A program made the position numbers and the translations under genes. From contig CBDEUM010000033.1 in NCBI GenBank assembly GCA_965242925.1, positions 1-64,000 on the forward strand: a stretch of 64,000 bases of DNA, in the 5' to 3' direction. This document shows, one piece after another, positions 29,149 through 40,569 of this stretch. The stretch comes from Roseibacillus sp. Its GTDB lineage: Bacteria; Verrucomicrobiota; Verrucomicrobiia; Verrucomicrobiales; Akkermansiaceae. The notes under the pieces are model-generated. The model did no database searches and had not been told where the DNA came from. It was given only the letters and a program-made list of their open reading frames with translations. Each line of letters starts with the position of its first letter. Position 1 is the first letter of the stretch.

Positions 29149-32100
29149 ATGAATTCGCGAATTCGATCCCTCCTGCTCCTGCTAAGCCTGAACGCTCTTC
29201 ATGGTCAGGCCATGGGCGCCGCGATCGATTTCAATCACGACATCCGACCCATCCTCTCAAACAACTGCCTTGCCTGCCATGGGCCGGACGAAAAGGAGCG
29301 AAAAGCCAAGCTGCGACTCGACACCCGCGACGGGGCGACTGCCGACAACGATGGCATCCGGGCAGTCGTCGCGGGAAACATCGACGCCAGCGAACTCATC
29401 TACCGTATCACCACCGATGACCCTGATGAGTTGATGCCTCCGCCAAAGCACGGCAAACACTTAACTGCCGGGCAGGTCTCCATCTTCAAGCAATGGATTA
29501 AAGAAGGGGCGAACTATGAAACGCACTGGTCATATGTAAAGCCCTCACGCCCCGCAGTGCCAACCCTTGCTAACGGAAAAGTAAAAGACGGCAATGCCAT
29601 TGATGCTTTTCTCGAAATCCAGCGCAACCGGAAAGGCCTCAGTGCGTCCCCGGAAGCCGATAAGCATACCCTGGTCCGCAGGCTCTCGCTCGACCTCACC
29701 GGGTTACCGCCGACAATTGAAGAGGTTGACACCTTCATTGCCGATAACAGCCCGGACTCCTACCCTGAACTTGTCGACCGACTGCTGGCAAAGCCCGCCT
29801 TCGGCGAGCACTGGGCGCGCATGTGGCTTGACCTGGCGAGATATGCGGACTCCTCAGGCTACGCTGACGACCCGGCACGCACCATCTGGGCCTATCGCGA
29901 CTATGTGATAAGCTCCTTCAATCAAAACAAACCTTTTAATCAGTTCACCATTGAACAAATAGCTGGAGATCTTCTGGAAAAACCAACCAATGCTCAACTG
30001 GTGGCAACCGCCTTTCACCGCAATACTCAAACCAATAACGAAGGTGGTACAAATGACGAGGAATACCGCAACGTCGCGATCGTCGACCGTGTCAACACCA
30101 CCATGGCCACCTGGATGGGGACCACCATGGCCTGTGCGCAGTGCCACACCCATAAATACGACCCTATTTCGCAGGAGGAGTATTTCAGGATGTTCGCCAT
30201 CCTCAACCAGACCCAGGACGCTGACCGTCGTGATGAAAGCCCCACTATCCCGGTCTTGAGCGGCGCACAAAAACAGCAACAGGAGGAAATCGAGACACAA
30301 ATCGCCGAACTTGAACAACTGCTCGTTATTCCAGACGCGCAAAACCTTGAAGCCCTGGCAAAATGGGAAGCGGGACTGGTTGGCGAAAAAAAACAATGGA
30401 TACCTCTCGGAGAAATAACGGCACGGGCCGAGTCCGGAGCAACCTTCACGCGCCTGGATGACGGTTCCTATCTGGTGGGCGGCAAGTCGGCACCAACGGA
30501 CACCTACACCATTGAGAGTGTCGCAAAAAACACGGCAATCACCGCCGTCCGGCTCGATGTCTTGAGCCATGAGAGCCTCAGTCCCGGGAAGGGTCCCGGC
30601 CGGAAGAAGGGCAACTTTGTGCTCAATGAGATCGAACTGGTTAGCGCGGCGGATTCACCATCCAAGCGTGGCCGCTTTGTGCGCATCGACCTGCCCGGCA
30701 AAGGCAAGATCCTTAACATCGCCGAGGTGCAGGTTTTCAGCGGCACCAAGAATGTGGCGCTGAAGGGCACGGCAAGCCAGGCGGGCACTTATGCTGACGC
30801 GGTGGCCGGGCGGGCAATTGACGGCAACACCAACGGAAAATACCAGGCGGGAAGCGTTGCACACACCGCCCTCGACAGGGAAAACCTGTTCTGGGAAGTC
30901 GATCTCGGTGAACAGCACGACATTTCACGCATCGTGGTCTGGAACCGCACCGATGCCGGAGTTGGCCCAAGGCTTGATGGCTTCAGGCTCTCTCTGCTCG
31001 ACGACAAGCGCGGGACAGTCTGGAGCGAGACCTACGAGAAAGCGCCGCAGCGTGAAAAGGAAACATCCCTTGACGGCGGACAGCGGGCAGTGTTCTCCCA
31101 TGCCACTTCAAGTTTCGACCAGGAGAAGTTCGGTGTTGCCCTGGCAGTCGATGGAAATGCCGACGAACATTCCGGCTGGGCAGTCGGCTCACAAGTGGGA
31201 AAGGATCACCACGCTGTCTTCGAGCTGGCGAGCCCGTTGCCCGGGGGCAAACTGCAATTCATCCTCAGGCAAACCTACGGCGAGCACGCCATCGGCCGCT
31301 TCAGGATATCAGTCAGCAGCTCTCCTCAAGCGCACCGAGCCCTGCCTCACAAACTCGCTGAAATCATCGCAGTCCCTGTCAAAAAACGCAGTGAGATACA
31401 AGCTGCCGAATTACTCCACCATTTTTCCGCGCTTAATCCCCAGACCGTCAAGACCAGTGCGGAGCTCACAAAGCTCAGGAAACAACTCGCCGACCTCAAG
31501 CCCGCCACCACCGTTCCCGTCATGCGCGAGCTCGCCGCAGGCAAGGAACGGAAAACCAACATCCAGATGCGCGGCAACTATCTGGACAAGGGGAAAGAGG
31601 TAAGTCCCGGCTTGCCTGCCGTATTCCATCCGCCAGAGGACACCAGGAAAATGGACCGGCTGACCCTGGCCAAATGGTTGACCGATGAGGACAACCCGCT
31701 AACCGCGCGCGTGATGGCCAACCGCCTCTGGGAGATGATTTTCGGCATCGGCATCGTGCCCACCAGCGAAGAGTTCGGCTCACAGGGAGAGTTGCCCACC
31801 CACCCTCAGCTGCTCGACTGGCTGGCAGTTGAGTTCATGGAAAGCGGATGGGACATGAAGGCCTTCCTCAAACTGCTGGTCACGTCTGCCGCCTACCGCC
31901 AGGACTCGAGGATCAACGGGAATTCCATTGAAACCGATCCCGACAACCGCCTGCTTGCCCGCGGACCGCGTTTCCGGCTCTCCGCAGAAATGATACGTGA
32001 CCAGGCGCTGGCTGTTTCCGGCCTGTTAAGCCCGAAAATGTTTGGAGCACCGGTGCGCCCTCCTCAACCAACCCTCGGCATCAATGCCGCCTTTGGCGGT

Positions 32101-32602
32101 GGCATCGACTGGACAACCTCAACAAGGCGAGGACAAATACCGTCGTGGAATTTACACCACTTGGCGACGATCCAACCCTTATCCCTCGATGGCCACCTTC
32201 GATGCGCCTAACCGTGAAACCTGCACCGTCAGTCGCAGCCGGACCAACACCCCGTTGCAGGCACTGGTGACCCTTAACGACCCGGTCTACATTGAGGCCG
32301 CACAGACGCTCGGCCGCCGCATGCATGCAGCAGCGATTTCAGCGAAAAGCGCAACTTCAGGTATCGGGCAGGGCTTCAGGCTTTGCCTCTCGCGTCCTGC
32401 CAGCGAGTCAGAACTGAAACGACTCGTGAAACTTTTTAACAATGCCCACTCCCACTACAAGCAGAACCCGGCAGCGGCAACCATGATGGCCACCCAGCCA
32501 ATCGGAGCCGCCCCCGCAGATGCCGACCATGCCCAACTTGCGGCACTTGCGGTGGTGGGTAATGTTTTGCTTAATCTTGATGAGTTCTTAATGAAGCGAT
32601 GA
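29149..32602 (+). CDS. Planctomycete cytochrome c / DUF1549 / DUF1553 protein with F5/8-like insert; +1 frameshift at ~32125
   Basis: CLACH and CAQCH heme motifs, WLDLARYADS, HPQLLDWLA, RLSAEMIRD. Continues in the next frame (ORF 32042..32602) with GEDKYRRGIY...FDAPNRE...TNTPLQAL...LNLDEF. Confidence 0.9.
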
Positions 32603-34047
32603 ACCTCTACCAGCAACACCTCCAACACCAGACGCGCCGCCATTTCCTGACAGGTAGCGGCATCAGCCTGGGCAGCATCGCCCTCGGACAAATGCTTGGA
32701 GGAACCGCCGTCGCCGCTCAAGCTCCTGTCAACCCGCTCTCACCGAAAAAGTCACACTTCCAAGGCAACGCGAAGCGGGTCATCTATATCCACCTCACCG
32801 GTTCGCCCCCACACCTCGACCTGTGGGACTACAAGCCGGAATTGGTCAAGCGCAACAATGAGGACTGCCCGGACGAGTTCTACAAGGGCAAGCGCTTTGC
32901 CTTCACCAGCGGCCGGCCGAAACTGATGGGAACGCCCCGTACGTTCAAGCAGTTCGGCAAGGGCGGGACATGGATGTCAGACGCTATTCCCAATTTCCAC
33001 GGACTGGCAGATGACCTGTGTGTCATCAAGTCGATGACGACCGAGCAGTTCAACCACGCACCGGCGGAACTCTTCGTGCACACCGGCTCGCCGAGGCCAG
33101 GCAGGCCCTCCTTTGGATCCTGGGTCACCTATGGTCTCGGCACTGAGAATGAGAACCTGCCTGGCTACGTGGTCCTGATCTCCAGCGGCGTGCAGCCCAA
33201 CGGCGGCAAGAACTCCTTCGGCGCCGGCTTTATTCCCTCCGTCTACCAGGGTGTGCAATGCCGCTCAAAAGGCGATCCCGTGCTGTATTTGTCCGACCCG
33301 AAAGGCATGGACCGCAACATGCGCCGCAGTTCCCTGGACGCGCTCCGGGACCTGAATGAGCGGGCGGCAAAGGACTTCGGCCACCCGGAGACCCTGACCC
33401 GCATCGCCCAGTATGAACTCGCCTTCCGGATGCAGATGGCAGTTCCCGAGGTGATGGACATCTCCAAGGAAAACGCGAAAACCCTCGAGGCCTACGGCGC
33501 CAAGCCGGGCGGGGCCAGCCTCGCCAACAACTGCCTGCTGGCACGACGACTGACTGAAAAGGGCGTGCGCTTTGTGCAACTCTTCGACTGGGGCTGGGAC
33601 TTTCATGGCACCAATCCCAAGGAGGACATCCGCGGCGGACTGACCAATAAATGCGCGACCATGGACAAGCCGATAGCAGCACTGATTCGTGACTTGAAAG
33701 AGCGGGGCCTGTTCGACGAGACCCTGATCGTCATCGGCGGGGAGTTTGGGCGCACCCCTTTCCGCGAAGGGCGCACCTCGAAGGGCAAAGTCCTCGGTCG
33801 TGACCACTTTCCCAACGCCTACAGCATGGTGATCGCCGGCGGCGGCGTGCGGGGAGGCTACTCCCACGGTGAGACCGACGAACTCGGTTTCTCGGTAGCA
33901 CGCGACAAAGTGCATGTCCATGACCTGCAGGCAACCTGGATGCACCTGCTTGGCTTTGACCACGAAAAGCTCAGTTATCGCTTCCAGGGGCGTGATTACC
34001 GGCTTACCGATGTTCACGGCAAGGTGGTCAAGGGAATCCTCGCATGA
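32599..34047 (+). CDS. DUF1501 domain protein (Tat-like N-terminus)
   Basis: TRRHFL, AKRVIY, GSPPHLDLWDYKP, GEFGRTP, GRDH, GRDYRLTDVHG; ATGA overlap with the upstream gene. Confidence 0.92.
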   Translation: MNLYQQHLQHQTRRHFLTGSGISLGSIALGQMLGGTAVAAQAPVNPLSPKKSHFQGNAKRVIYIHLTGSPPHLDLWDYKPELVKRNNEDCPDEFYKGKRFAFTSGRPKLMGTPRTFKQFGKGGTWMSDAIPNFHGLADDLCVIKSMTTEQFNHAPAELFVHTGSPRPGRPSFGSWVTYGLGTENENLPGYVVLISSGVQPNGGKNSFGAGFIPSVYQGVQCRSKGDPVLYLSDPKGMDRNMRRSSLDALRDLNERAAKDFGHPETLTRIAQYELAFRMQMAVPEVMDISKENAKTLEAYGAKPGGASLANNCLLARRLTEKGVRFVQLFDWGWDFHGTNPKEDIRGGLTNKCATMDKPIAALIRDLKERGLFDETLIVIGGEFGRTPFREGRTSKGKVLGRDHFPNAYSMVIAGGGVRGGYSHGETDELGFSVARDKVHVHDLQATWMHLLGFDHEKLSYRFQGRDYRLTDVHGKVVKGILA

Positions 34048-34086
34048 GGAATCCCTTCTTCACTCCTGAATGAACCCGCCTTTCTG

Positions 34087-35502
34087 ATGTCTGACCGGAC
34101 CGCCTTGGAATCCCTGGCGGAATCTACATGGCGAACGCTCTCAGCCGTCGCCCCGGCCCTCCCCCGGAGCGAAGCTCTTACCGGGGAAATCAGTGATGCC
34201 ATGGCCGCACAGGAGCGCGGCTACTACCTGCCGGATGAAGACGAACGCCTTAGGAATGTCTACACCCGCTACCTCGCATTACACACAACCCTCTGGGAGA
34301 CCGTGCTGACCCTGCGTCCCCTGCTTGATGAGCGCCGCAATCCCGACTGGCACTTGAGATTGCGGATCTTCGGACTCGCCTTCTGCGCGACTGCCATGCT
34401 TATGAGGAGTGCCGGTTTCATAATCGCCCTTGCCAGGGATCGCCCGGTAGTCTGGAAAAAACTCGATGAGGCCGAGCCTCGCTTTGACCTGGAAGAGAAG
34501 AGTTTCACAGGCATCTATCGTAGTTTTTCTTCAGCCCGCTGGATGTGGCGCTATCATGAGGCTTGGCGCTTTTATGACACCCATCGGCTGGAGATCTTCC
34601 AGGCGCTGAAGGGATCGGGGATGAAACTCGTCGCGGAATGGCTCCACGCCGAGGAACCATTCTTCGAAAAAAGCCGGAGCGAATTCATCAAGCGGAAGAT
34701 CGGCTACCGCCTCCACTCCTTCAAGCTTCGCCAGGTATCTGGCTACAAGCGTGTCATGTTTCACCTCTTCCGCCTGAGCGGCAGCGCTATTGCCGACATG
34801 AAGCAACCCTTTAGCAGGCGAGGACATGAAGAGCCCCGGGTTCACCCGGGCCTTCGTGCATCCGCAGAGGAAAAACTCCGGCCTGGAGACGTCATCGTAT
34901 CACGCCATGATGATGCGATGAGCAACCTGTTCCTGCCAGGTTTCTGGCCTCATGCCTCGCTCTACATCGGCAATTCCGGGGAACGAGCAGAACTGGATCT
35001 GCCACAGATTCATCGCCAGGAGGCGAATGTCCTGGAGGCCAAGAAGGACGGGGTCCTCTTCCGTCATCTAAGCGAGACCCTCAGCGTTGATGCCTTCGTC
35101 GTCCTGAGACCCCGCATCGAGGCTCACTTCGTGGCAGAGGCCCTGACCCGCGCCATCAGCCATGAAGGCAAGTTCTACGATTTCGTCTTTGATTTCCGTA
35201 AGGCAGACAAGCTGGTCTGCTCCGAGGTGGTCTACAGGGCCTATCACGGCGTGGGCCCGATTTCCTTCGAACTGGTCCGGCGCTCCGGCAGGCTCGTGCT
35301 CTCAGCGGAGGATCTCATCCGCCAGGCCCTGGCATCAGGATTTTTCGAGATCGTTCTCTGCTGCGGGCTTGGGGATAATCTGATGGTCCTGGGGAGGGCC
35401 GCTGAGAAGAAACTCCTCGCTACGCTGGGCAGCGATGATACAGGGGCATCACGACCCCGGGAAGTCCCCGCGGGCCACATCCAAGGCGACCGGATATCCT
35501 AA
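34087..35502 (+). CDS. YiiX/YebB-like permuted papain-like (NlpC/P60) amidase
   Basis: LRPGDVI, PGFWPHASLYIG, YDFVFDF...LVCSEVVY (His before Cys). Confidence 0.8.
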   Translation: MSDRTALESLAESTWRTLSAVAPALPRSEALTGEISDAMAAQERGYYLPDEDERLRNVYTRYLALHTTLWETVLTLRPLLDERRNPDWHLRLRIFGLAFCATAMLMRSAGFIIALARDRPVVWKKLDEAEPRFDLEEKSFTGIYRSFSSARWMWRYHEAWRFYDTHRLEIFQALKGSGMKLVAEWLHAEEPFFEKSRSEFIKRKIGYRLHSFKLRQVSGYKRVMFHLFRLSGSAIADMKQPFSRRGHEEPRVHPGLRASAEEKLRPGDVIVSRHDDAMSNLFLPGFWPHASLYIGNSGERAELDLPQIHRQEANVLEAKKDGVLFRHLSETLSVDAFVVLRPRIEAHFVAEALTRAISHEGKFYDFVFDFRKADKLVCSEVVYRAYHGVGPISFELVRRSGRLVLSAEDLIRQALASGFFEIVLCCGLGDNLMVLGRAAEKKLLATLGSDDTGASRPREVPAGHIQGDRIS

Positions 35503-36500
35503 CAACAGCACCAGAAGTCCACCCCCTCGGCGTAGCCTTCACCCTCTGCAAGTTCCCGCACGCGTGTCCGGCCTCCCTCCACCCCTACCGCACTGAGAAG
35601 GACCGCATCCCGCCAACGCTCGCCGAACTCCCCGGGCCCTGCCACCGGCACCCCTCCAATTTCTTCTCCCACCCGGCGCGGGTTCACCTCGAAGAATCCG
35701 TGCACCACAACGCCTTCCTCCTTTAACAGGCGCGCCAAGCGCTTCCCAATGGGACCGGCCCCGCAGATTGCCACCCCCCACGAAGACACCTTTGGCTGAC
35801 GCGCCAGATGATGCGCCTTCATCCTCCAGACCTGTTCCTCGCTGTAGGCGGGATGAGTCCTGGTCAACCGGTCCGCACTATCCCTCCAGGAAAGCACGGT
35901 CTCATCCACTTTACCGATCTGCATCCCTCTTTCGAGCATGCGCAGAAACAGATCGTGATCCTCGGCCCATTCCACCTCCCGGTAGCCCCTGATCTCATGG
36001 AAGGAAGATCTCCTCATCATCAGGGACGGCTGAATCACCGGGCACTCCACGAATCTCTCCCGGGCAATATCCTCCGCCGTCTCCAATCCATTCACCCAGT
36101 CGACATAGCGTTGCATCCCGTCCCCGAGGGGATTCAATAAATGCACCTGACCGCTCACCGCTGAAACAACGGATGACTCCGAAAGGAAGCGGTGCTGCGA
36201 AGAAAGTCGCTCCGGGTGAGAAATGTCATCCGCGTCCATGCGGGCAATGAAGTCCGTCCTGGAGGCCCGGATCGCCTCCGTTGCTGCCGGTGCGACCCCC
36301 TGGCGCTCCATCTCGAAGACCCGGATCCGGGGATCATTGTAGCTCCGCACGATCTCCCCCGAACGGTCCGCACAGCCATCGAGAACCACGATCAACTCGA
36401 ATGAACCCATGCTCTGCCGGAGGCAACTCTCAATCGCCTCCGCGATGGTCTCCTCGGCGTTGAAGACCGGGAGCACGATGGAAACCAGGGGGTCACTCAT
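35499..36500 (-). CDS. Glycosyltransferase family 2
   Basis: VSIVLPVFN, IARMDADD, AEDHDL; C-terminal Rossmann-like GAGPIG. Confidence 0.9.
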   Translation of the reverse strand: MSDPLVSIVLPVFNAEETIAEAIESCLRQSMGSFELIVVLDGCADRSGEIVRSYNDPRIRVFEMERQGVAPAATEAIRASRTDFIARMDADDISHPERLSSQHRFLSESSVVSAVSGQVHLLNPLGDGMQRYVDWVNGLETAEDIARERFVECPVIQPSLMMRRSSFHEIRGYREVEWAEDHDLFLRMLERGMQIGKVDETVLSWRDSADRLTRTHPAYSEEQVWRMKAHHLARQPKVSSWGVAICGAGPIGKRLARLLKEEGVVVHGFFEVNPRRVGEEIGGVPVAGPGEFGERWRDAVLLSAVGVEGGRTRVRELAEGEGYAEGVDFWCCC

Positions 36501-36685
36501 CCTGAAAGGAAATCATCCAATCCACGAGCCAGCATTCCGCCTCCTTCGTCCACCGCGATGATCATGGGCCGACAGCAGATCTCACAGTCATAGTCCAGTT
36601 CCACCGGACACTCGGCGCCAGGAGGAACCGCTACCGAAAACACCTCGAAGCAACTCGGACACTGCACTTCCGCGATCCCGCTCAT
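36497..36685 (-). CDS. CPXCG-motif cysteine-rich small protein
   Basis: MSGIAEVQCPSCFE...DCEICCRP; stop overlaps the GT2 start and the ATG is 1 nt after the hisD stop. Confidence 0.8.
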   Translation of the reverse strand: MSGIAEVQCPSCFEVFSVAVPPGAECPVELDYDCEICCRPMIIAVDEGGGMLARGLDDFLSG

Positions 36686-36686
36686 T

Positions 36687-37977
36687 TCACCGTTCCACCC
36701 GCAGGCGCACGGATTCACCGTGTGCATCCAGTCCTTCCATGCGGGCAAATTCCTGCACCACCGGAAGCGACTTCTTCACCGAGGCGATGTCCATCTTCAC
36801 GATACTGGTCCGCCGTTGGAACTGGTCCGCCCGCAGGCCCGAGAACGACTTCCCGGCCCCACCGGTGGGCAGGGTGTGACTGGGCCCGGCCAGGAAATCC
36901 CCTACCGCGATGGCGGATGCATTGCCGAGATAGATCGCCCCCGCCGTCCTGATCTGCGCCAGGCGCCGGCGTTCGTCCCTGACCACCAGCGAAAGGTGCT
37001 CGGGAGCGAACTGGTTGCAGATCCTGACTGCCTCATCCATGGAGGGAACCAGCAGGGCAAATCCCCCCTTCTTCAACGATTCCTCGATGTAATTCGACCG
37101 CGAAAGGAGCTGTAGCTGCCGATCAATTTCCTTCTCAACCCGCTTGAGCAGACGCGATGAATTCGTCACAAAGCCTGCCACGCTGTCGCCGCCGTGTTCG
37201 GCCTGCGCCAGCAGGTCGGCAGCAATGCAGACCGGATCGCCACTCGTGTCACTCACCACCAGGACCTCACTCGGTCCCGGGAGCAGATCGATCGAGACCG
37301 CTCCCACCAGTTGCCGCTTGGCCTCCACCACGAAGGCATTGCCCGGTCCGAAGATCTTGTCCACCCGCTCCCACACTTTTCGTTCCCAGCGCAAGGGCTG
37401 CCACCGCCTGCGCCCCGCCCACCTTGAGCACCTCAGTGGCTCCCGCCTGCTTCAGGGCATAAAGCAATTCCGCGTTGACCTTGCCAGTCGATCCCACCGG
37501 AGTGGCCGCCACGATCTCAGGAACCTTGGCCGCCTGGGCAAAGGCTCCCGTCATGAGCGCGGTGGAGACCAGGGGAGCCTTGCCCCCCGGCACGTAGATC
37601 CCCACCCGGTCAAAGGGAACGAAGCGCTCCCCCACCACCGCTCCTTCCGCGTTCTTTCGCTTCCAGTCCTTGCGCATACTCTCCTTCGCAAAGGCATGAA
37701 TATTGCGACGGGAGGCCCGGATCGCCCGCTTGGTGGAAGGTCGCACAGCGGCCTCCGCTTCTGCGAATTCCTCCTCCGAGACAAAAAGGCTCCCGGCCGT
37801 CAGCTTCGCCCGGTCGAACTTCCTGGTCAGCTCGATGAGGGCGCGGTCTCCCCGCACGCGCACCTCATCCACGATTCCCGCCACCGTCTCCTCCAGTTCC
37901 CGGGACGGTTCTGCCCGGCGATCAAGTGACCGCACGAACTTCTGGTATCCCCGGTCCTTGTAAGAAATGACGCGCAT
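36687..37977 (-). CDS. hisD: Histidinol dehydrogenase; +1 frameshift at ~37371
   Basis: VGIYVPGG, GGAQAVAALA, then in the next frame VDKIFGPGN, AQAEH, APEHL, GPSHTLPT, EGLDAH. Removing one G from GTGGGAG gives SVERVDK. Confidence 0.93.
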
Positions 37978-38227
37978 GGGGGGTGACTTACCTCGCTACT
38001 GTTCCTTTTCAAGCGCCAAGCCGGGAATACGCCCCAGTAGTGACAACCAGGGCAGGGACGCGATCCGCCCAAATTAGGAAATAATGAGATCGCGTAGAAC
38101 TACACACCCCTTATCCTGATCTAAAACCGTCTGAACAGTCCCCTCCTGGATCAGCAGGAACATTCACCCCACAGGCACGGCAAGACCCGGCAACAGGCAT
38201 CTATCAGGAAACGAGTGAAAGGGAAGA

Positions 38228-39184
38228 ATGAGTGATCCCCGGTCATCAAGGAGGCGAGCGAAGCATCTTCCGCCAGATCTCCAGCACGGCCCTGCTGTCT
38301 CGTTTGACCCGTCCAGCTCGTGGAGTTCCGACACCAGCATCTGTCCGCACTGCTGGGATGTGTTTCATGCCGCGCCGGGCCGTATGCTCATCCAACCGAA
38401 CCGGTGCAACTCCTGCGGGAAAAACGCGACCAGCTCTGGTATGTGGATGATCCTCAGTATTCCCGCGTATTTCATAGTCCTGCTCCTCTTTTACCCCTTC
38501 CATTCAGAAGCATTTGAGGACGGGCTGTTAGGACCGCTGGCATTTCTGGGATTCTTCGCGCTCCTCGGGATGTTGTGGAAGATCGGCATGCTCTCTAAAG
38601 AAAGGATGAAACCGAAGGTCATGGCCAGGATCGCTGCCCTGAGGGCCGAGCGAGCGCAGAGACCTGAGGATGTGGAACTTCTCGGCAAGCTTTTCACCCT
38701 CTATCAGTTGGTGGAGGAACATGAGCACGCCCTGACGCTCGCTGAACAGGCCTCCCTGCTGGATCCGGACAACGCCAATATCAGGGCCCAGGTTGAAACC
38801 TATCGTTCTACCCTCAGGAAAAATGGCTTGATTCCGGTCACGAGCGATCCCGCAGATCCACAAGCACCGGAGCCCCCCATCACGCAGGTCTTCTTCTCCC
38901 CCGAGGAGAAGGAGGCCATCGCAAGGATTAAAGCCTGGCAGGAAGAGGTCCTTCCAAGGCGTCAATTTTATGGAATAGTTCTCATACCTGTGGCCGTGAT
39001 CCTCGGGTTTCTTTCGCATGTAGTCACCTATATCATGGGTATTCATTTCCTCTTGGGTTGGATCCCCAGCGTGGCTCTTGCTTTCATAGGCTACAGGAGG
39101 TGGACGACGAAGTGGCCGCTGCTGCCGCCCGGGGTGACCCCACCCGCCGGATACGTCGTTCCCAACGAGAAACACGGGATATAG
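38228..39184 (+). CDS. Hypothetical membrane protein with zinc ribbon and TPR-like segment
   Basis: CPHC...CNSC; four TM segments; ALTLAEQASLLDPDN. Confidence 0.65.
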   Translation: MSDPRSSRRRAKHLPPDLQHGPAVSFDPSSSWSSDTSICPHCWDVFHAAPGRMLIQPNRCNSCGKNATSSGMWMILSIPAYFIVLLLFYPFHSEAFEDGLLGPLAFLGFFALLGMLWKIGMLSKERMKPKVMARIAALRAERAQRPEDVELLGKLFTLYQLVEEHEHALTLAEQASLLDPDNANIRAQVETYRSTLRKNGLIPVTSDPADPQAPEPPITQVFFSPEEKEAIARIKAWQEEVLPRRQFYGIVLIPVAVILGFLSHVVTYIMGIHFLLGWIPSVALAFIGYRRWTTKWPLLPPGVTPPAGYVVPNEKHGI

Positions 39185-39254
39185 GGCATCCGCGCACGCG
39201 TCAGGAATACGCCGAAGGCCACAGCAGGTAGATTTCCCGGTCGCGTCGCTCGCT

Positions 39255-39857
39255 TCAATAATACGGTCGCAGCATCAGGTAGACCACCGGACCAGTCACT
39301 GCCACATAGAGCCAGACCGGATACACCCGCACCGCGAGAGCCCGGTGCCTGGCGAACTGATTGGTGTAGCCGTAGACGAAGGTGAGCAGAATGAAGGGGA
39401 GGCTCAAGGCCGCCAGGGCTATATGGGATAGCAGAACAACGAGATACCCCATCCGCATGGGCCCCGCCTCCGTCCTTTCCGCCTCACTCAGCTCTCCATT
39501 CCCGTCAAGGTCCCCGTAGATGGTCTCGGGGGTCGTGAAGTGGTATGTCACATAGGAGAGGAGAAAGAGCAGCGAACATCCCATCGCGACATAGATCCAC
39601 CGCTGGTGCAGGACCACCCTGCCCTTCCTGATACAGAGCAGGGCAAGGATCAGGGCCACCGCCGCTCCACTATTCAGCAAGGCATGCAACGGGGGAAGAA
39701 AGTGCAGGCTCACCCCCTCCGGCAGACCAATCTTGACCTGACGCATCAATCCCACGAGGAACAGGACCAGCGCGGTGATGACCCATACCGCGATCTTGAG
39801 CTTCCCGGCCAGGGCCATGCTGGCCTCCCGACTGCGGTAGGATTCCAGTTGACTCAT
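39255..39857 (-). CDS. DUF420 family membrane protein
   Basis: LPPLHALLN, H..W, FLLSYVTYH, SHIALA, H......PVWLYVAVTG. Confidence 0.88.
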   Translation of the reverse strand: MSQLESYRSREASMALAGKLKIAVWVITALVLFLVGLMRQVKIGLPEGVSLHFLPPLHALLNSGAAVALILALLCIRKGRVVLHQRWIYVAMGCSLLFLLSYVTYHFTTPETIYGDLDGNGELSEAERTEAGPMRMGYLVVLLSHIALAALSLPFILLTFVYGYTNQFARHRALAVRVYPVWLYVAVTGPVVYLMLRPYY

Positions 39858-40561
39858 GGGCTCTCAACCGGCGGCGAACTGCGACTCGCGAGGCTTTTCA
39901 GGATGGATTTCCTCACGTCCTGGAAGTAGTAGTCCTTCACCCTTTCTCCCTGGGTCCGGGCAAACTGGAGGTCCCGTTTCTTCACACACTTCCATCCGTT
40001 GAAAACCAGGAGACCCCGGTCGTGGGAATAACGGTTCTTGGCCGGAGGCACTTCATTCTTCACCACCTTCATGTAACCCATCTCCTTCTCCAGGTATTCA
40101 TGAACCGCCTTCTCCTCTCCGCGCAAAAACCACCAGTTCCTGCTCTCCGCTCCCATCACCTGGGCGTAGGCCTCAAGCTGTTGCACTTTGTCTGTCTCAG
40201 GATCAATCGAAATAGACACGATATGGAATTTTGAATCGGGAGCAAACTCCTGGTAGAGGCTCTTGAGATCCTCCGAGGCCGTTTCCAGACAATACGGACA
40301 GGTCGCAAAAAAATTGGATGCAACCCAGACCTTGTCCTTCAATTCCGAAAGTTTCACCTCCTCTCCATCCTGGTTGGTAAGGGTGATGTCATTCTCCAGA
40401 CTGCCAAAGTCCTCCACCACGGCCCCCCCGATCTTGTCGGCAATCGGAGAAACGAACCTGCTCTTCCGTGATCCCCGGATCCAGAACGAGGTGGCCAGCA
40501 CCCCCACACTCAGAATACCAACCACGGTGTAAATGGTGATGATTTTTCCCCGGTCCGTCAT
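39854..40561 (-). CDS. SCO family protein
   Basis: LTNQDG, KVWVASNFFATCPYC, SISIDPETD, WWFLRG, distal His (YSHD). Confidence 0.82.
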   Translation of the reverse strand: MTDRGKIITIYTVVGILSVGVLATSFWIRGSRKSRFVSPIADKIGGAVVEDFGSLENDITLTNQDGEEVKLSELKDKVWVASNFFATCPYCLETASEDLKSLYQEFAPDSKFHIVSISIDPETDKVQQLEAYAQVMGAESRNWWFLRGEEKAVHEYLEKEMGYMKVVKNEVPPAKNRYSHDRGLLVFNGWKCVKKRDLQFARTQGERVKDYYFQDVRKSILKSLASRSSPPVESP

Positions 40562-40569
40562 AATGCCTG

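Noticed and set aside
38134..38153. gaacagtcccctcctggatc resembling the intergenic motif at ~4760 and ~7259
   Set aside because: Short and imperfect; could be chance.
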